The notes beneath the pieces are model-generated. The model was given only the letters and a program-made list of their open reading frames with translations, was not told where the DNA came from and ran no database searches. The position numbers were made by a program, and so were the translations under genes. This document shows, piece after piece, positions 41,758 to 56,594 of a DNA stretch of 64,000 nucleotides. Source of the stretch: Chrysomallon squamiferum (Eukaryota > Animalia > Mollusca). The stretch's first letter is position 1, and each line of letters begins with the position of its first letter. Where the stretch lies: positions 15,004,001 to 15,068,000 of the forward strand of contig CM022678.1 of NCBI GenBank assembly GCA_012295275.1, given 5' to 3'.

Positions 41758-43502
41758 AGTCTGAAATAATTTTTTTAAAAAGAATCAAGTTCTAAAACAA
41801 TAGATGTATTACCATTAGTTATACAGTCGGTTTTTTATCCACCTTAAAGTTCTATAATGTGATATATTTATACTTTTAAAATGCTTCTGAAATTCAAATT
41901 TATCCTGTGAAACTACAACGTAAAAGGGAATAACAAAATAATTTTTAAAAATTATTTTCAATGAGAGCAAAAGTGGCAAACCCGCAGCTCTTTAAACTCA
42001 GAAAAACAGCAACGTAAGTGGAAAACTCTGACAAATTTCTCAATTTTTGATGCAAGTGTCCGCTATTGGTCACAAATGCAAATGGCTTCCGAAAGTAGAA
42101 TTTCTTATATTAATAGATCTTATAATTAATAATTTCAAACATATGTTAGGTATTAAAAAAGAAAAAAATATATTTTAATGTTTTTTAAATATAGTTTGCT
42201 TTTTCTTATAATAGCATTTTATTTGCCATAAAGAAGTGCAGAACCAAACTGTAATGGTGAATACGACTAAGTATATAACGATAACATGTCGGTTGTTTTA
42301 TTTTGTTGTTATTGTTTTTTCCACCATTGAAATGACAATAAATAAAATCAGTATCTTCTTACATATTTAGTTGGATAAAATACTTACAGATATATTGATA
42401 TACATGCAGTCACTGAGAATCAGACTTCCGAGATAATGATGTTTATAAAACGTCACATCCGCTTCGATTGGTAGGGCATGCGCAGTTGGCAAAAAGATTG
42501 TAGGAAAATGAATGTCGCCGCGGGACTGGTACTATTTATAAATAAAATAAAAATAAATATATAAATAAATAAATAAATAATACATATTATAATATACTTC
42601 ATTTATTTATTTTATTGTTACATATTCTTATTAGTTAAAGTGATTATTGGAGTCATTCATTAAATTACTTACTGTTACGTCCTAGTCATCTTTCACAGAA
42701 AGTCTTTTTAACACAGCCTGTTGTGTGAATATTTCAAAGAACCGTCACTCGATCCAAAGTACAGTCAACTGTGGTCATGAAAAACTGCCCAGTTATTTTC
42801 TGATTTCTTTTTGTTTCCTTCTCTTTAATAAAGATTCTTTTTCATTGCAAAACAGCGTTATTAATATTATATTTGTTAACGTTTCTTTTTTTTTTTCTTT
42901 TCTTTTTTTTAACGCCATTATGGTGTACAGATCTGAGGAAAAGAAACATTTTACCAAGCTGTGTTCCGTGTCCTGTTTTATCCAGTTAATTTTACACTGC
43001 GGCTCTTTTCACTTTGAAAATGATGACATCCCTTTCTGAAGTCCTTCATCTGCTGCCAAATAATATATTTTTAAAACAATGGAGATACTTGAATAATATT
43101 ATAAACAGATCTGTTTCTTCCTCTCTGAGTTTAATATTTTTGGTTAAATGATAAGCACTGGTGGAAAATACAAATAAAGTTTTAATTTTGAGTATAAAAT
43201 CTGTGACAGTCTGATTGTTCGTAATTCCTCATAGAGTAGTTTGTTTGTGTTTTTTTAAGATATTTATATTTCCATATTTCAACCCACAAAAATCACACAT
43301 TATTTCACAAGATACGCATTAACAGTTTTTTGGTTCGAAACTATACCAGATATGAGAAACACTATCTGAAATACTAGCACAATATTATAACGTATGAAAT
43401 TTTCATATTTGTTTCTTCAAATCACTGTAATGTATTCTGAACTGGTATGTTTAGAAAGGCTATTTATCACTGATACCTATATCAGTTATTTTGTTTATTG
43501 AA

Positions 43503-44233
43503 TACTGAACACAAAAAGAAACGTCTGATTTGTAACTGTAGTATTTGTTGTTAAAGAATTCATTGTGTAATGAAATTATGTAAGTAGTATTAGCCTTGAT
43601 CTTTATTTTCAAGATTCGTGAATTTTATCGATTATTTTTGCACTGTTAATCGTCAACAACGTCAAATTCAGTTTGCACGTGCATGCATTGTTCGACATGT
43701 CCCATGAAGTATTCGGTCAAGTTTTTATTAATTGTTCTCAAGTGAAAACAAATTTGTAAAGAAAAATAAAGTTTTTTACACTGAAGTATTTTTAGTATGT
43801 CAAGAAGACCCAGTAAGCTACGTGAACGGGTCATTGGCGTGCTTGATGCTGGCATGTCGACAGAAGACGTTGCAAGGCATGTTGGGAGTTCTAAATCTTC
43901 GCGAACGTCAAGAAGCACCAAAGACTTGCCACTTCGAGGACGTCCGCGTGTTACAATATAGGGTGAAGACCGCTTTATCAGGAACACGCATTAGCGCAGT
44001 CGATTCTAAACTGACACTGCTGCTGCTAGCACACCTGGCTTCGTAATAACCCAGTCAGTTCTAACCGTCTGCGGGAGAACTCTTTACATCCACGGATGCG
44101 TTTTAACCCACCCACTAACATGAAAGAACTTCGTCAAGCGCTCATTCAGGATGGAACAATATTCCACAGACAGAAGTCAACACTTCAGTCAGTTCTATGC
44201 AAAGTTAGCAGAAGTTTCTTATTTTGTTCAGTA
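43503..44233 (+). mobile_element. Internally deleted Tc1/mariner element
   Basis: Terminal inverted repeats tactgaacacaaaaagaaac and gtttcttattttgttcagta, with TA at both ends. Degenerate transposase pieces: LRERVIGVLDAGMSTEDVARHVGSS (HTH), RGRPRVT..EDRFI, and C-terminal PPTNMKELRQALIQ..WNNIPQ. The central DDE region is missing. Confidence 0.85.
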
Positions 44234-44428
44234 TACAAATAAACACTTACTACTTTTTTCTGCTATCTCTGACCTGTCAGTAAATCATGTGAATGTACTT
44301 ACTATGTAGATAAGAAACACGACACAAACATAAGCGAAAAAAAAAATAAACTGATTAAAACCTGATACTGTCATAGCGGCAAAATCAATATATTCAAAGT
44401 TAAACAATTATAATAAAACACTCAAAAA

Positions 44429-44459
<31 letters not shown>

Positions 44460-44493
44460 CCAAAGCGAGGGATGAACAGGGTAAAAGGAGATT

Positions 44494-45296
44494 AATAATA
44501 ATAATGATAATGATGATGATGATGATGATGATAATGATAATAATATAATATAATGATAATGATGATGATAACGTTAATGATGATGATGATGATAATAATA
44601 ATAATAGGAGCTGAAGCAGTATATATAGAAGCAGACGCAGTAGTAGTAGTAGCAGTTATAGTAGTAGAATTAGTTGTAGCAGTAGTAATTGTAGTAGTAG
44701 TAATAGTAGAAGTAGCAGTAGTAGTGGTAGAAGTAGTGGTAGTAGTAGTGGTAGTAGTAATGTTAATAACCCGCTGTAGTAGTAACAGTAGTAGTAGTAG
44801 TAGGAGGAGAAGGAGGATAAGGAGGAGCGAGAGCAGTACTAGTAGTAGTAGCAGTAGCTGTTGTGGTAGTAATAGTAGTAGTAGTAATAAATAATGATAA
44901 TGTTTATGTGTTTATATTTACACTTATAATTAAATGGGATGAACAGGGTATGTGTGATTTTTTGAAGAAAACTGATTTAAAAAACTTACACAAGCATAAT
45001 GTAGATATCTAAATAATTATATGATATAGATTTATTTATGTAGTTGTTACTCCTACTGTTATTACTACTGCTGCTACTACTACAACTAGTACTAATACTA
45101 CTGCTGCTACTACTACAACTAGTACTAATACTACTGCTGCTACTACTACAACTAGTACTAATACTACTGCTGTTGCTGTTGCTGCTACTAATACTAATAT
45201 TAGTACTATTATTACGCTACTGCTACTACTACAATTATTACTAAAACTTTACTACTGCTACTACTGCTACTACTGCTACTACTGCTACTACTACTG

Positions 45297-45345
<49 letters not shown>
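44494..45345. repeat. Trinucleotide low-complexity tracts (ATG/ATA, GTA, TAC/TGC), including a ~33-bp x3 repeat near 45064-45170
   Basis: Direct reading. Confidence 0.9.
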
Positions 45346-46134
45346 CACTACAACGTTATTATTATTTTCACTCAAGTTTAGTTTGATTCTTGAGGCGACT
45401 AGATTATTTCCCATTCAAAACTTATCAGTCCATAAAAAGAAATGTCGTTAAGTAATAAGAAACATAACAAACTATACAGATGTGTTATTAAATATTTATT
45501 TCGTTTAGTCCATTCATCAAAACGTAAAATCCAGTAAAATTACCATGCGTCTATAATTACGTGTTCTGTAACATTTTTCACATATTTTGTGTTCTCCAGA
45601 TTAAAATTAACCTTATCTTCGCAACCAAACACAATTGTCTGACAGTAGTGCTTGTATCACGCTTAATTCATCTGGAGCACATACATTCTAAAGACTGAGT
45701 CGCCGCACACCATGTCTCTGAGTTCGACAGATACATTTTATTTACTAACTTCTGTACCATTATGCGTTAGACTCAAAATAATGGACATAAATAACCAAAT
45801 CACACACACACAAAACAGTTATGTAGGAAAGCATATGCATTCACATATACGCACGCACAGATCTGCATAACTCACCCATACATACCCTACCGTTAAACAT
45901 ATACATACACTTCGACTACCTATATACATACACATATACACACACAGACACACTGATACCGTTAAGTACATACATACATACACACAAATACACAGGTACC
46001 GTTAAACACATACATACACATGCACACACCTATTTACACACACATGAACCACAAACACATCCTTACATAAAGCACCGTCATAAACACAATCACAAAGGCC
46101 CGCACACATCAACAAACTAACACAATATCAAAAT

Positions 46135-46492
46135 CACACACACACAAACATACACATACACACACAAACACATACACACACAAACACACACACATACACA
46201 CACACAAACACACACAAATACACACACACATACACACAAACACACACACAAACACACATACACACACACAAACATACATATACACACACAAACACACACA
46301 CATTCACACAAACACACACACACATTCACACAAATACACACACATTCAAACAAACACACACACACATTCACACAAATACACACACATTCAAACAAACACA
46401 CACAAACACACACACACAAATACACACACAAATACACACACATTCAAACAAACACACACAAACACACACACACAAATACACACACACTCACA
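46135..46492. repeat. Degenerate (CA)n microsatellite
   Basis: Direct reading. Confidence 0.95.
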
Positions 46493-47498
46493 TTGATATT
46501 AACAAACGAATAAGAATTAATTTAAGAAATGATTAAACATTTAAGAAAGATATTTTTATTTTTTTCACGGAGTTATAAATAATTATATTTTCCTGATGAA
46601 TTTTTTTCTTCTTTTTTTCAACTCCGTCTTCACAGAGAAAATATGCAACAGATATCTTAATTGAAATAGCACCCATTTTCTCAATTTTGGATCCGCCCTA
46701 ATAACTGACAGAAGTTTAACTAATTTGTAATTTAAATAATTTTAAAAAATAAAATAAAATGGCCCGAATTACTTTAAGAGAACACACAATATGTGCGTTT
46801 TTATATATTGTTAATTAACATTTGAAAGCAAACGTGTCATTCGTTTTATAAGATCCTACATGTACTGCAAATAAACCAGCAAATACATTGAGTTACAGTG
46901 GATTTTGATCTTTAATCTTTACAGTCAGGTAGTTGATAAGAAAATGAGCGACACCTGGGCACTACAGTCAGCAGAGGTTACACTTCGATCTGGTACGTGC
47001 AGCCCGCGACGTCACTCGCATATTTAGACTCATTTTCTGACGTCTGCTATGAATAAAAACTGAGCTATAAATTTATCGTCTGCATTTTCCAGAGAGCGGC
47101 GTGACACAGCGCACGTTTCTACATCCGCATAAAGATATAATTACAACATTAAAACAAAAATGACTGACAGAAAATGGTTTGAGGGAGGAGATTCAGAGAA
47201 GCGTTATTAATGCGCATGATATATAACAACGCATACATATACTGTAATAAAGTAATCTTTTTTTTTTTTTTTTTTTTTACAGTGTGACAAGCATACCTAC
47301 AGTATTATTTTAAGCTCACAGAGTTAATTTAAACATACGCCAGGTCGGGTCTGGACATGTTTAGAATTGTAACAATATTATTTACCCTGAGGCAGTACTG
47401 CAACCACACGAGCAAAAAATATACACTCAGTTAAATGAAAGTTACAGGTCGATGACTTATATAAATACTGATTGTTTTAATAATACAACGTTTAAGTA

Positions 47499-47541
<43 letters not shown>

Positions 47542-49346
47542 CATAATTATAAAAAAAAATTAGCAGTTAAAAAAGATACGGTTACGTTTTAATTCCCGCC
47601 CACAAAAAATAACTCCACCAAAGACGACAACAACAAATAAATAAATAAATAACCATTCTGTTACAGTTCTATGAGGATTTTTGTTTTAATTCAGTTGTTT
47701 GTTTTTTTTATCGATGTTGCATAATGAATAATGAGGACAACCTACACAAGCTGCTAATAGGCTAAATTAAAAAACAAACAAAAAAACCAGCAGTAATATT
47801 AATTTCTGTTGAAACTATCTCATATCGACAGTATTTTATTTTCGTTTGTTGTGGAAGCTTATTCATTCCTAAATATTCTGAAGATTTAAAAAAATATTAC
47901 TGTTATTTTTAAAGCCATTCAGAACGAGAAACGGGAAGGACATATTTCACAACAGACCGGCTTTTTTTCTTTTCAGTTCTTTTTCCTTTTATTTATTTAT
48001 AGCTGTAAAAATGTGACGTGCGAAAAACGCGGTGTAACTGCAACCTCTGTGACCTTGAACTTAAACCTTACAATCCCAGTCTTAGATCAATAAAGCGTCT
48101 TTGACATTCAGTAATTTCAGTCTTATTTTGTGTTCGGGTTCGGAAGCCGGAGGTCAGTCTACCGTATGGTTTTAGTTATTTGCTTTTTTATATAAAAAAA
48201 CTTATATCACAGTAAAAAAAAATGTTTTTCTTTCTTTTATTTGCAATAATGGAGCACACAATTTCAGCGGTAGATTCTGATAGATAAAGATCTATCCTCG
48301 TCAAATAAAACTCTTTACGAACAGCTTTACGAAAATGTATTATAAAAGTAAAATATAAATTACTTTTATATTGTAATTTTATAATTAATTAAAACCAAAC
48401 CAACACAAAATCTAGCAAGCAGAAACAAATATGATTAAATTGAAACAAAATCGAGTAATACTTTTTCTTTTCTTTATTATTTATATTTAGAAAATCTATC
48501 ACAGATGCAGCACAACTAAGGAAACTGGTATATTACACATTCTTCATCACAGGTACTGATTCAGAATACTCGACCGAGATCATGTACAGTTCTTATGAAG
48601 GTTAAAACATATATAAATAAATAACATTTGTAGGACTTATTTTGGAGGACAGTATAGTTTTGTTGGTTTCTGGGATGTCACTCAGACAGAATATAAAATA
48701 AGTAAACACATCAGTTTGTGAAAAATAAATAAATAATAAATAAATAAACTTAATATTTTCTGGTGCATGCAAATATATTAATTACTTTATCAAAACAGAT
48801 TTATTAATTATCAGAAAACAAGAAAAATAAAAAGATAAATAAAATATTAAAAATAACAATAATAAAAAAAAGTAAATAAATAAATAAAAATAATGGTAAT
48901 AATAAAATAAAATAAAAATAATAAAATAACATATAGCAGCTGTAATTTTGATAATAATACTAACACCGAATTTTTTTTTTTTTATAAAACGTTTAACGAT
49001 GGCGGAATTTACAGTTCTTTTTATTTTCAGTAATGTCTTTATTTTCCCTCTTTATATTCATGTATCTTTCATGTTTATTCTTCTTAGTGTTGACAGCTTG
49101 TACCAGATATTGATTTCATTGTCAGCTTACTCGAAAAACACAGACTGACTTGATTTGACTGCAGCCATTTGCAATATCGGCTAATGTCGTTATTCCTCCA
49201 ATACCATGACAACCATCGTCTGCTAACAAACCGTCATTGCTTTCATAATCGTCAAGTAGCTTTGACCATTGAAGAAAATTTCAGACCTTTGACCTAACTT
49301 TTCCGGTTGTAACATAACATCAATGCCCTGTGACGTGGTAGAGTGT

Positions 49347-49876
49347 TCATATAGGTAGACACTGGCAGGTTAGGTAGTACAAATGTATCGAGTTGCATGC
49401 TAATCCCGCCAGCGTCATCAGAGCACTAAGTCCGTGGCAACGTCTGAACATGCGATACGCCGCATTGTATGCCTTGTCCTTTTTCAGCTCTGTTACGTCT
49501 GCGTAGCCGACTACGTCACTCAAACCAGCCTCTACCTCCAGCTGAAACGTTTTCACCATCGCTTTCACAATGAGAGGAGATAAAATGAGAGAGTTCGTAG
49601 CAGCAGTGAGAAAACCCGTCGTCAAAGCGATCACCTGAAAAATTAAATAACCCATTTATATATTACAAATTTACTTTTGTTAAGAATTGTTGAGGTATCG
49701 TCAAGATAAGTACTTTAAAAACTAATATTTACTTTAAAAAAATATATTTCAATTCTTGTTGCTGTTGTAGTGGTTTTTCTTTTTATTTATTTATTTATTT
49801 ATTTAACTGCTATTTACGTCAGTTGTAAATGATATATATATATATATCATTTACAACTGAAAGAAATAATAGCAGT

Positions 49877-49937
<61 letters not shown>

Positions 49938-50250
49938 TGCAAAATGTTATTACAATTCTAACAAATGTACCTCTAAAGTGTGAGCTGTTTGCCAAGATTC
50001 CATTGGATGTTGAAAAACGAAGGACCCTAGCTGTACGGATGACGTCACGAGACTCCATAAAAAGAACATAGGGAACAGACGACTTTGGACCTTACCAAAC
50101 ATATGTCTGGGCAAACTGTAGAACATTGTCAATCCTGAAACAAAACGTATATCAGCAAGTTTATTAAATATAGCGATCGCCTAACATTCATATTAAAAGT
50201 GAAAAATACGCAGATCAAGAATAATAAAATTGTTCTGCAATTATTATTAC

Positions 50251-50312
<62 letters not shown>

Positions 50313-51356
50313 TGCTGTTGTTGGTTTGGTTTGTTTTTTGTAATTTTTTGTTTTGTTTTTATTTGGCTTATTATTTTTCATATTGTGGTACTTAAAAAAC
50401 AAAACAATTAACGATGCAGATACGTTTTTCAAAGCTGACTTGCTAGAAAGAACAGTAAACTATTTTACCTGCTACTAGAGTTACCCAGAGTTGCGCCCCG
50501 TAATTTGCAGCCCAGCTACCCAGATGAACTAGACTGACGAACGTGGACTGTCCTTCAACTTTTCGTCCTCCAGGAAACAGCATGAAGGTGAACAGGATAA
50601 TTATAACCATCACCGAGAAATACTGGAACTGAGTCACTCTGAAATAAACACAGATTGTATTAATATACACAAAATAATATCAAAAATGAAGAAAATTAAA
50701 ATAATAATTAATGGTTCATTCCCATTTCTTCTTCTTCTTCTTATTATTATCCTTTTGTTTTTGTTCATTAAAATCAATTTTATTATTTATAGTTAAAAAT
50801 AAATTATTACTTTTGATAAATTATATTAGCTTAGTGCAGGGAAATAAAAAAAATAATAATAATAAAAAAAAAAAAAAAAAGAGAAAAAACGTTTATGATA
50901 AGCATAATTGCTAATTTGGCACTGTTCTCTCAGTATTATAATCAATATTTAAACATTACTAATCAGTAATATTTAAAATCATTTATTGGTTTCCTTCGGT
51001 TATCTTTGAAAATTTTGAAACGTATTTGTAGCCTTACCCCATAAACTCGCACACCGACCAACTACAGCCAAATAGCTAAAATTTTAATTATGAATTTGGA
51101 TTTCTTTTGAAATATTAACATATAAGAGAATAATATATTTCTTGAACTCTTCTGACAAATATGTCTGATGTAATTACAAAAGCCGAACAAAGGTGAATAT
51201 GACGTAACTGCAGCCTAAACCTGTGTTCAGCAGCGCCCTCCATACACCTGTTCACACTTTGCACGTAGTAATCAGGGCCACGCCTTACCTGCCATGGGCG
51301 TGGTACTTTTAATATCACGCAGGTGAACATCTGTTTCGTATTTATTTCGTGATAAT

Positions 51357-51395
<39 letters not shown>

Positions 51396-51814
51396 AATAA
51401 TAATAAAGCCAGCTAAAAATAAAGGATACATTTGATCTTTTTTCTTTCATTTGACCGTTTGCAGGTAACATTTATTTTTCTAAATTTTGATCAGTGATTT
51501 GAACAGCTATTTATTCTTTAAAAATGTGTAACAGTCTCTCAACACTGCATAAGGTTTCACGCGTGTTGATTGAAAAATTGTTCGTTGGTGTGTGTGAGAG
51601 AATGTGCCTGCGTGTGCGCGCGAATACTGTGAGTTTGGTTTTCAAAACAGTTTATTCTTGTTTAGAAAACTGAGGTAACATTAAAATGTGTAATGTAAGA
51701 ACAAAGCTGTGTATATTTAATGTACAGTATTGGTTTTGAATTGTTAATAAAGTTTCTGAAATACTTTTATTTTTCTAAAAAAAAAAAAAATAACTAAATA
51801 AAAAAATAAATTAG

Positions 51815-51846
<32 letters not shown>

Positions 51847-52147
51847 AGAACTGTTATAAAATGTAATCGTCCAAAATTTACGAATTATAAATTTAATCCT
51901 AGATTTTAGCTTTGGTTTATTTTCCAGAAAAAAAAAAAAAGAGAAAAAAAAAGATGAACTGCTTCCGTTTTCAGTGCCGTTATTTTATTTACTTTTTCAC
52001 CTAATACGAACCATACTACCACAAAACCACAAATACCACAAGTGTGACTGTGAAAAAAAATGAATAACAGTAGTTTTAAAATTAATATAAATTATAGACG
52101 ATTATAAATAATATTTCTAATAAATAAATAAACAAATAAATAAATGA

Positions 52148-52179
<32 letters not shown>

Positions 52180-52227
52180 ATATCGTGAAAGGAAAGTGAC
52201 ATACCTTATCGTGTCCATTTTCGCCAT
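49347..52227 (-). CDS. TMEM205: Transmembrane protein 205 (DUF4149 family), 214 aa. Exons 52205-52227, 50469-50638, 49971-50134, 49347-49634
   Basis: GT-AG junctions in phases 2,1,0; 645 nt in total. Motifs LVHLGSWAANYGAQLWVTLVAGLTMFYSLPRHMFGKVQSRLFPMFF and FRRCHGLSALMTL match TMEM205. Confidence 0.93.
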
Positions 52228-52294
52228 TGCTTTGTAAGAAATTATTATATGAAGAATTTTCTAGTTTTACAGTCAAACTGACGGCTTATGTTAG

Positions 52295-52560
52295 CATCAC
52301 CCACGTGCTGTTGGTATATATAGATCCAATTTTCGTCACAAAATAATCTTATTGGTTCTCGCAGTCACGTGACCTGCTCAGCTTATAACGCAGAACGAGA
52401 TTGCGTAAAGGTCGCCGTGCCTTTGAACGTGAGCAAACCGAATTTTATTAAGCTGCCCGGAAAGCTTTGTGGCGTTCTCATTGGTTAATTCATTATCGGC
52501 GTATCGGAAGACGCGCTGTCAATAGGAAAAACGCTATCTCGAAAGATAATGACGTAGGTT
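52295..52560 (-). promoter_or_regulatory. TMEM205 promoter region
   Basis: CpG-enriched, with a TATA-like TATATATA at ~52315, CCAAT boxes (ATTGG at 52351 and ~52480), palindromic E-box GTCACGTGAC at 52364-52373 and a CRE half-site TGACGT at ~52550. Confidence 0.6.
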
Positions 52561-54108
52561 TTAAGGATGGAAAAGATTTTGCTAGAATGAAGGGTTTATC
52601 GTCCCAGTTTGTTTACTAGGCTAAAATAATTGATGTCAACATCAACAATAACGTAAATCATAGTAAAGAAAATATTTACTTCTATACAACTACTACTAGC
52701 ACTATTCTACCTACCACTATTAGTATTACTACTACTACTACTACTACCTCAACTACTATAAGACTTTTAAAATTTCACTACTGCTAATACAACTACTATT
52801 ACTATTACTACTACAACTATTACTGATACTACCGTGATTTGTTTCAAAATTTGATTCAATTTTTTAAAATTTTAACGCCTTCTGCTTGTCTATCCGTCCA
52901 TCTATCTGTTAACATTTTTAATATTTTTTCTACATTTATTTTTTAAAAGTGTTATAAACATAATTTTTGCTCATATAGAAATAAAAACAAGACAAAGTAA
53001 GAAAAAAGTAATAATAATAAAAAACAAAAACAAAAAAGAAACAAAAAAAGAAAAGAAAAAGAAACAAACAAATAAATTTAAAAAAAAAAAGAAAAAGAAA
53101 AAAGAAAAAGAAAAGAAACAAAAAAGGAAACAAATAAATTAAAAAAGGAAAAAGAAAAAAATTAGAAAAAAACATTACGGATCCAATCCCAAAGAGTTCT
53201 AGGAATGCAGGCTCGGAAACCCAACCTGCTGGACATAAACTGTAAACAGACAGATTTAGTTACATACTTATTTTATTTAATAATTGTAGATTACATAATA
53301 TATCGAGTGACTGCTTTAGTACACGTCACATCACAATATGGTGCGTGTATACTGTTACATACTGCTTTTTATTCACCGAGATATCTATAGAGCACACCGA
53401 GCATGATTGTAAAATAAAAACAGTAATTCAGTCACAGTGGTAATACTGTTAACAGCTGCAACAGTAATAGCGGTATTGTCACTGACTGCAGAGAATATTA
53501 TATTTCCTTTATTCAGGTAAAAAGAGTGCAGTAATTAATTGGCGGTAAAATGATCGTCTGCATTTTCTGTTTTAATGATTGACTGGCAGATGTCAGTGCA
53601 TACGCATGCATCTGGGCTATGCGTTTGAAAATGTGCAATTATTTTTGTAAAATGGACTCTGCTTTGCGAGTTTGCATGAAGAGCTCGCGCGAGAAGGTGA
53701 GAAAGTGTTCAAATGCGCGAGACTCCCGCGAATAGCGACAGACGTGAAAGAATGTCATGTTCAGTTTTGATAACCTTTATCAGCGTACTGGAATTTCACA
53801 ATGTAAGTTTACTCAAATATTTGTTGATTTAGAACAGTGTCATCTAAAATTTGTGAAAATATAAAAGCAAAACATTTAATATGAAATGTTAAAAATGAGT
53901 AGACGTTAAAAATTCAAGTTATTATTAGCAACTGATAGAGACATTGATAAAAGGATATTAGAAACTTGAATATATTAAAAATATTGAGAAATGGAATATT
54001 AGAAATCAAGAGGAATGCTGTTAAATAAAACATCAGAATACAGATAATGCAATATTAGAATATTGAAAAATTGCAGAAATATGTAGAAATGATTGTAATA
54101 ACAAATGT

Positions 54109-54182
<74 letters not shown>

Positions 54183-54978
54183 CTAATAATGAAATAATTT
54201 TGTCGCAAATGATCACGTATCAAAACGTCTGATTACGTCATATTTAAAAATAGTTTAAAATGATGAACGAATGATTGCATGCGATAACTGAATACCGAAT
54301 GCCGTCTGAAAGCTGAATAAATGTTTGGTACACGACACTCAAATATCAATTTACTATTAACATAAGAAAGTTGGTTAGAGAATGATTTGTAAGAGAGAGG
54401 AAGTCTCCGGTGTCGTGTGAAGTGTTTGGTCAAGCGTTTTCACCAAGCAGACGACCACTCTGGGATTGGCGGCAATCTGATAACCACTGACATGACATGA
54501 ATCACGCACGTCTTAATTTTACAATAAATTTAGTCACATTTACACGTGGTTCTAGATGAAATAAATCTCGCTTCTTTTTTTTTTTAACACTTTATGTCCA
54601 CCTTTCTTTTTTTCTTTTTTTTTTTATTCTCTATCTGACCAAAGGTAGGAGAGGATCTAAGTGCATTTTGTAAAGAAGAAAAAAAAAAAAAAAAAAAAGT
54701 GTTAGGGGTGTTTCGAAAAGAAGATTTAAAAAAATAATAAGGTAGAAAAAATTAAAGTTGATGACTGAAAAACAAAACAGTCGGAATATAATTAAAAAAT
54801 TAAATATACAAAACGTAAAAAGCGAAAAATTAGTAAAGTGATCTAATTAAATAAAGCAAATTACGTTTAAAATTGTCACGGAAAAGAATGGGATTTAATC
54901 ATTATTATCATCGTCATCTTCATTTTTGTTGTTGTTGTTGTTGTTGTTGTTGTTCTTCTTCTTCTTCTTCTTCTTCTT

Positions 54979-55009
<31 letters not shown>

Positions 55010-55661
55010 TTATTATTATTATTATTAAACAGGTAAAATAAAATTAAAATAATAATTTTTATTACACATGCACACACAGACACACGCACAGTATCTGAAA
55101 TGTGGAAAAAGCAGACGAGACTAGTATCAAATTTTTATTGTAAAATAATGTTCTAAGTTCATACGCATGTAGATCAACTTATGACCCAGTTTTCTGCACA
55201 GAGACGGTCATATTTCCGTGTACAATTACAGGTCAAGTACTTGTGTGAACTATTTTTACCACAACTACGTCAGAATGTAGGTCATCTGCGTATCAGACAC
55301 CTTGTACTACTTACAGCTTGACAAATTACACTTTCAGCAGGTTAGTCGTACGAGTGAAGTTAAAAATAATCTTATTATCTTGTTACAGAGCCGCTAAACA
55401 CAGACCAGGGGGCAAAACTGTTGACCACTTTAAGGCAGAATTAAAAATGGATGTGAACAAGAACATTAATTAAAATTGCACAAGTAACAAGGCTTTGAAA
55501 ATTCATTAGCATGTGTTATCATTCCATGATGAAGATTTCATTTAATTTTAAACAATACAAACATATTAGCCATGACCCACGACCACGCACTTTAATATTA
55601 TCAAATAATAAGCTTTCAAGGGCAAAAGGCAAATATGAACAAATAAAAAATTAAAATATAA

Positions 55662-55700
<39 letters not shown>

Positions 55701-56460
55701 GTAGTAAATACATTTATTATTAGATAATGCTAAGAAGGAGAGCAAAATGGCTACGGCACAGTGCAAAGTGGGATAAATAACACTGATCAGAGAAAATCGC
55801 CCATGATTGCTTTAAAAATACGTCATCAGTCTGTTGCGTACAAATAATGTTCTAGTTCGTTGTAGACTAAGAAATGTTAATAAATTATATTTCTCTAGGG
55901 AGAAATAAACACTCGTTCGGAAAGGACCTTTTTGGACTTAATATCGTGCTAGAGTTCGACCTTGGTAGACTGAAGAAAAAAAAAATATTTAAAAACAAAT
56001 GTTTTAAATAAAAACTAAAGAAAAAAAAATGAAAATGACATCTGATAATTGAAAAACTTAAAGACCTTGGCCTGTGTTCGAGTTTCATGGAATGATGTCA
56101 GCATTGTTACATCTCACTTGTGGAATGAAGAACTTTGCCAAGGACACTCGACTTGAAGGTCGTTCTAAGTACACATATGATATAATCTGGGCGGATCCAT
56201 TATGTCATGAAAGATGGGGTCATCAGTGAAATAAATTTATAATACCATTACATACACACACACACACACGCACGCATATACGAAACTTGTGTAGATTTTT
56301 TCTTTTTAGAATCTATCAAATTGCCATATTATCAATGACGTCACAACATAAAAACTCGTCGCTCAGTATAGAACTATTATTATTATTATTATTATTATTA
56401 TTACTGTTCAATTTTTTTGACTTTAAAAATAGAATCCCCATACACTAATATACACAAATG

Positions 56461-56492
<32 letters not shown>

Positions 56493-56508
56493 AATAAACT
56501 AAATACAC

Positions 56509-56594
<86 letters not shown>

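Noticed and set aside
51115-51471. 118-aa minus ORF in TMEM205 intron 1
   Set aside because: Partly trinucleotide repeat with no recognisable domain, and TMEM205 splices in frame without it.
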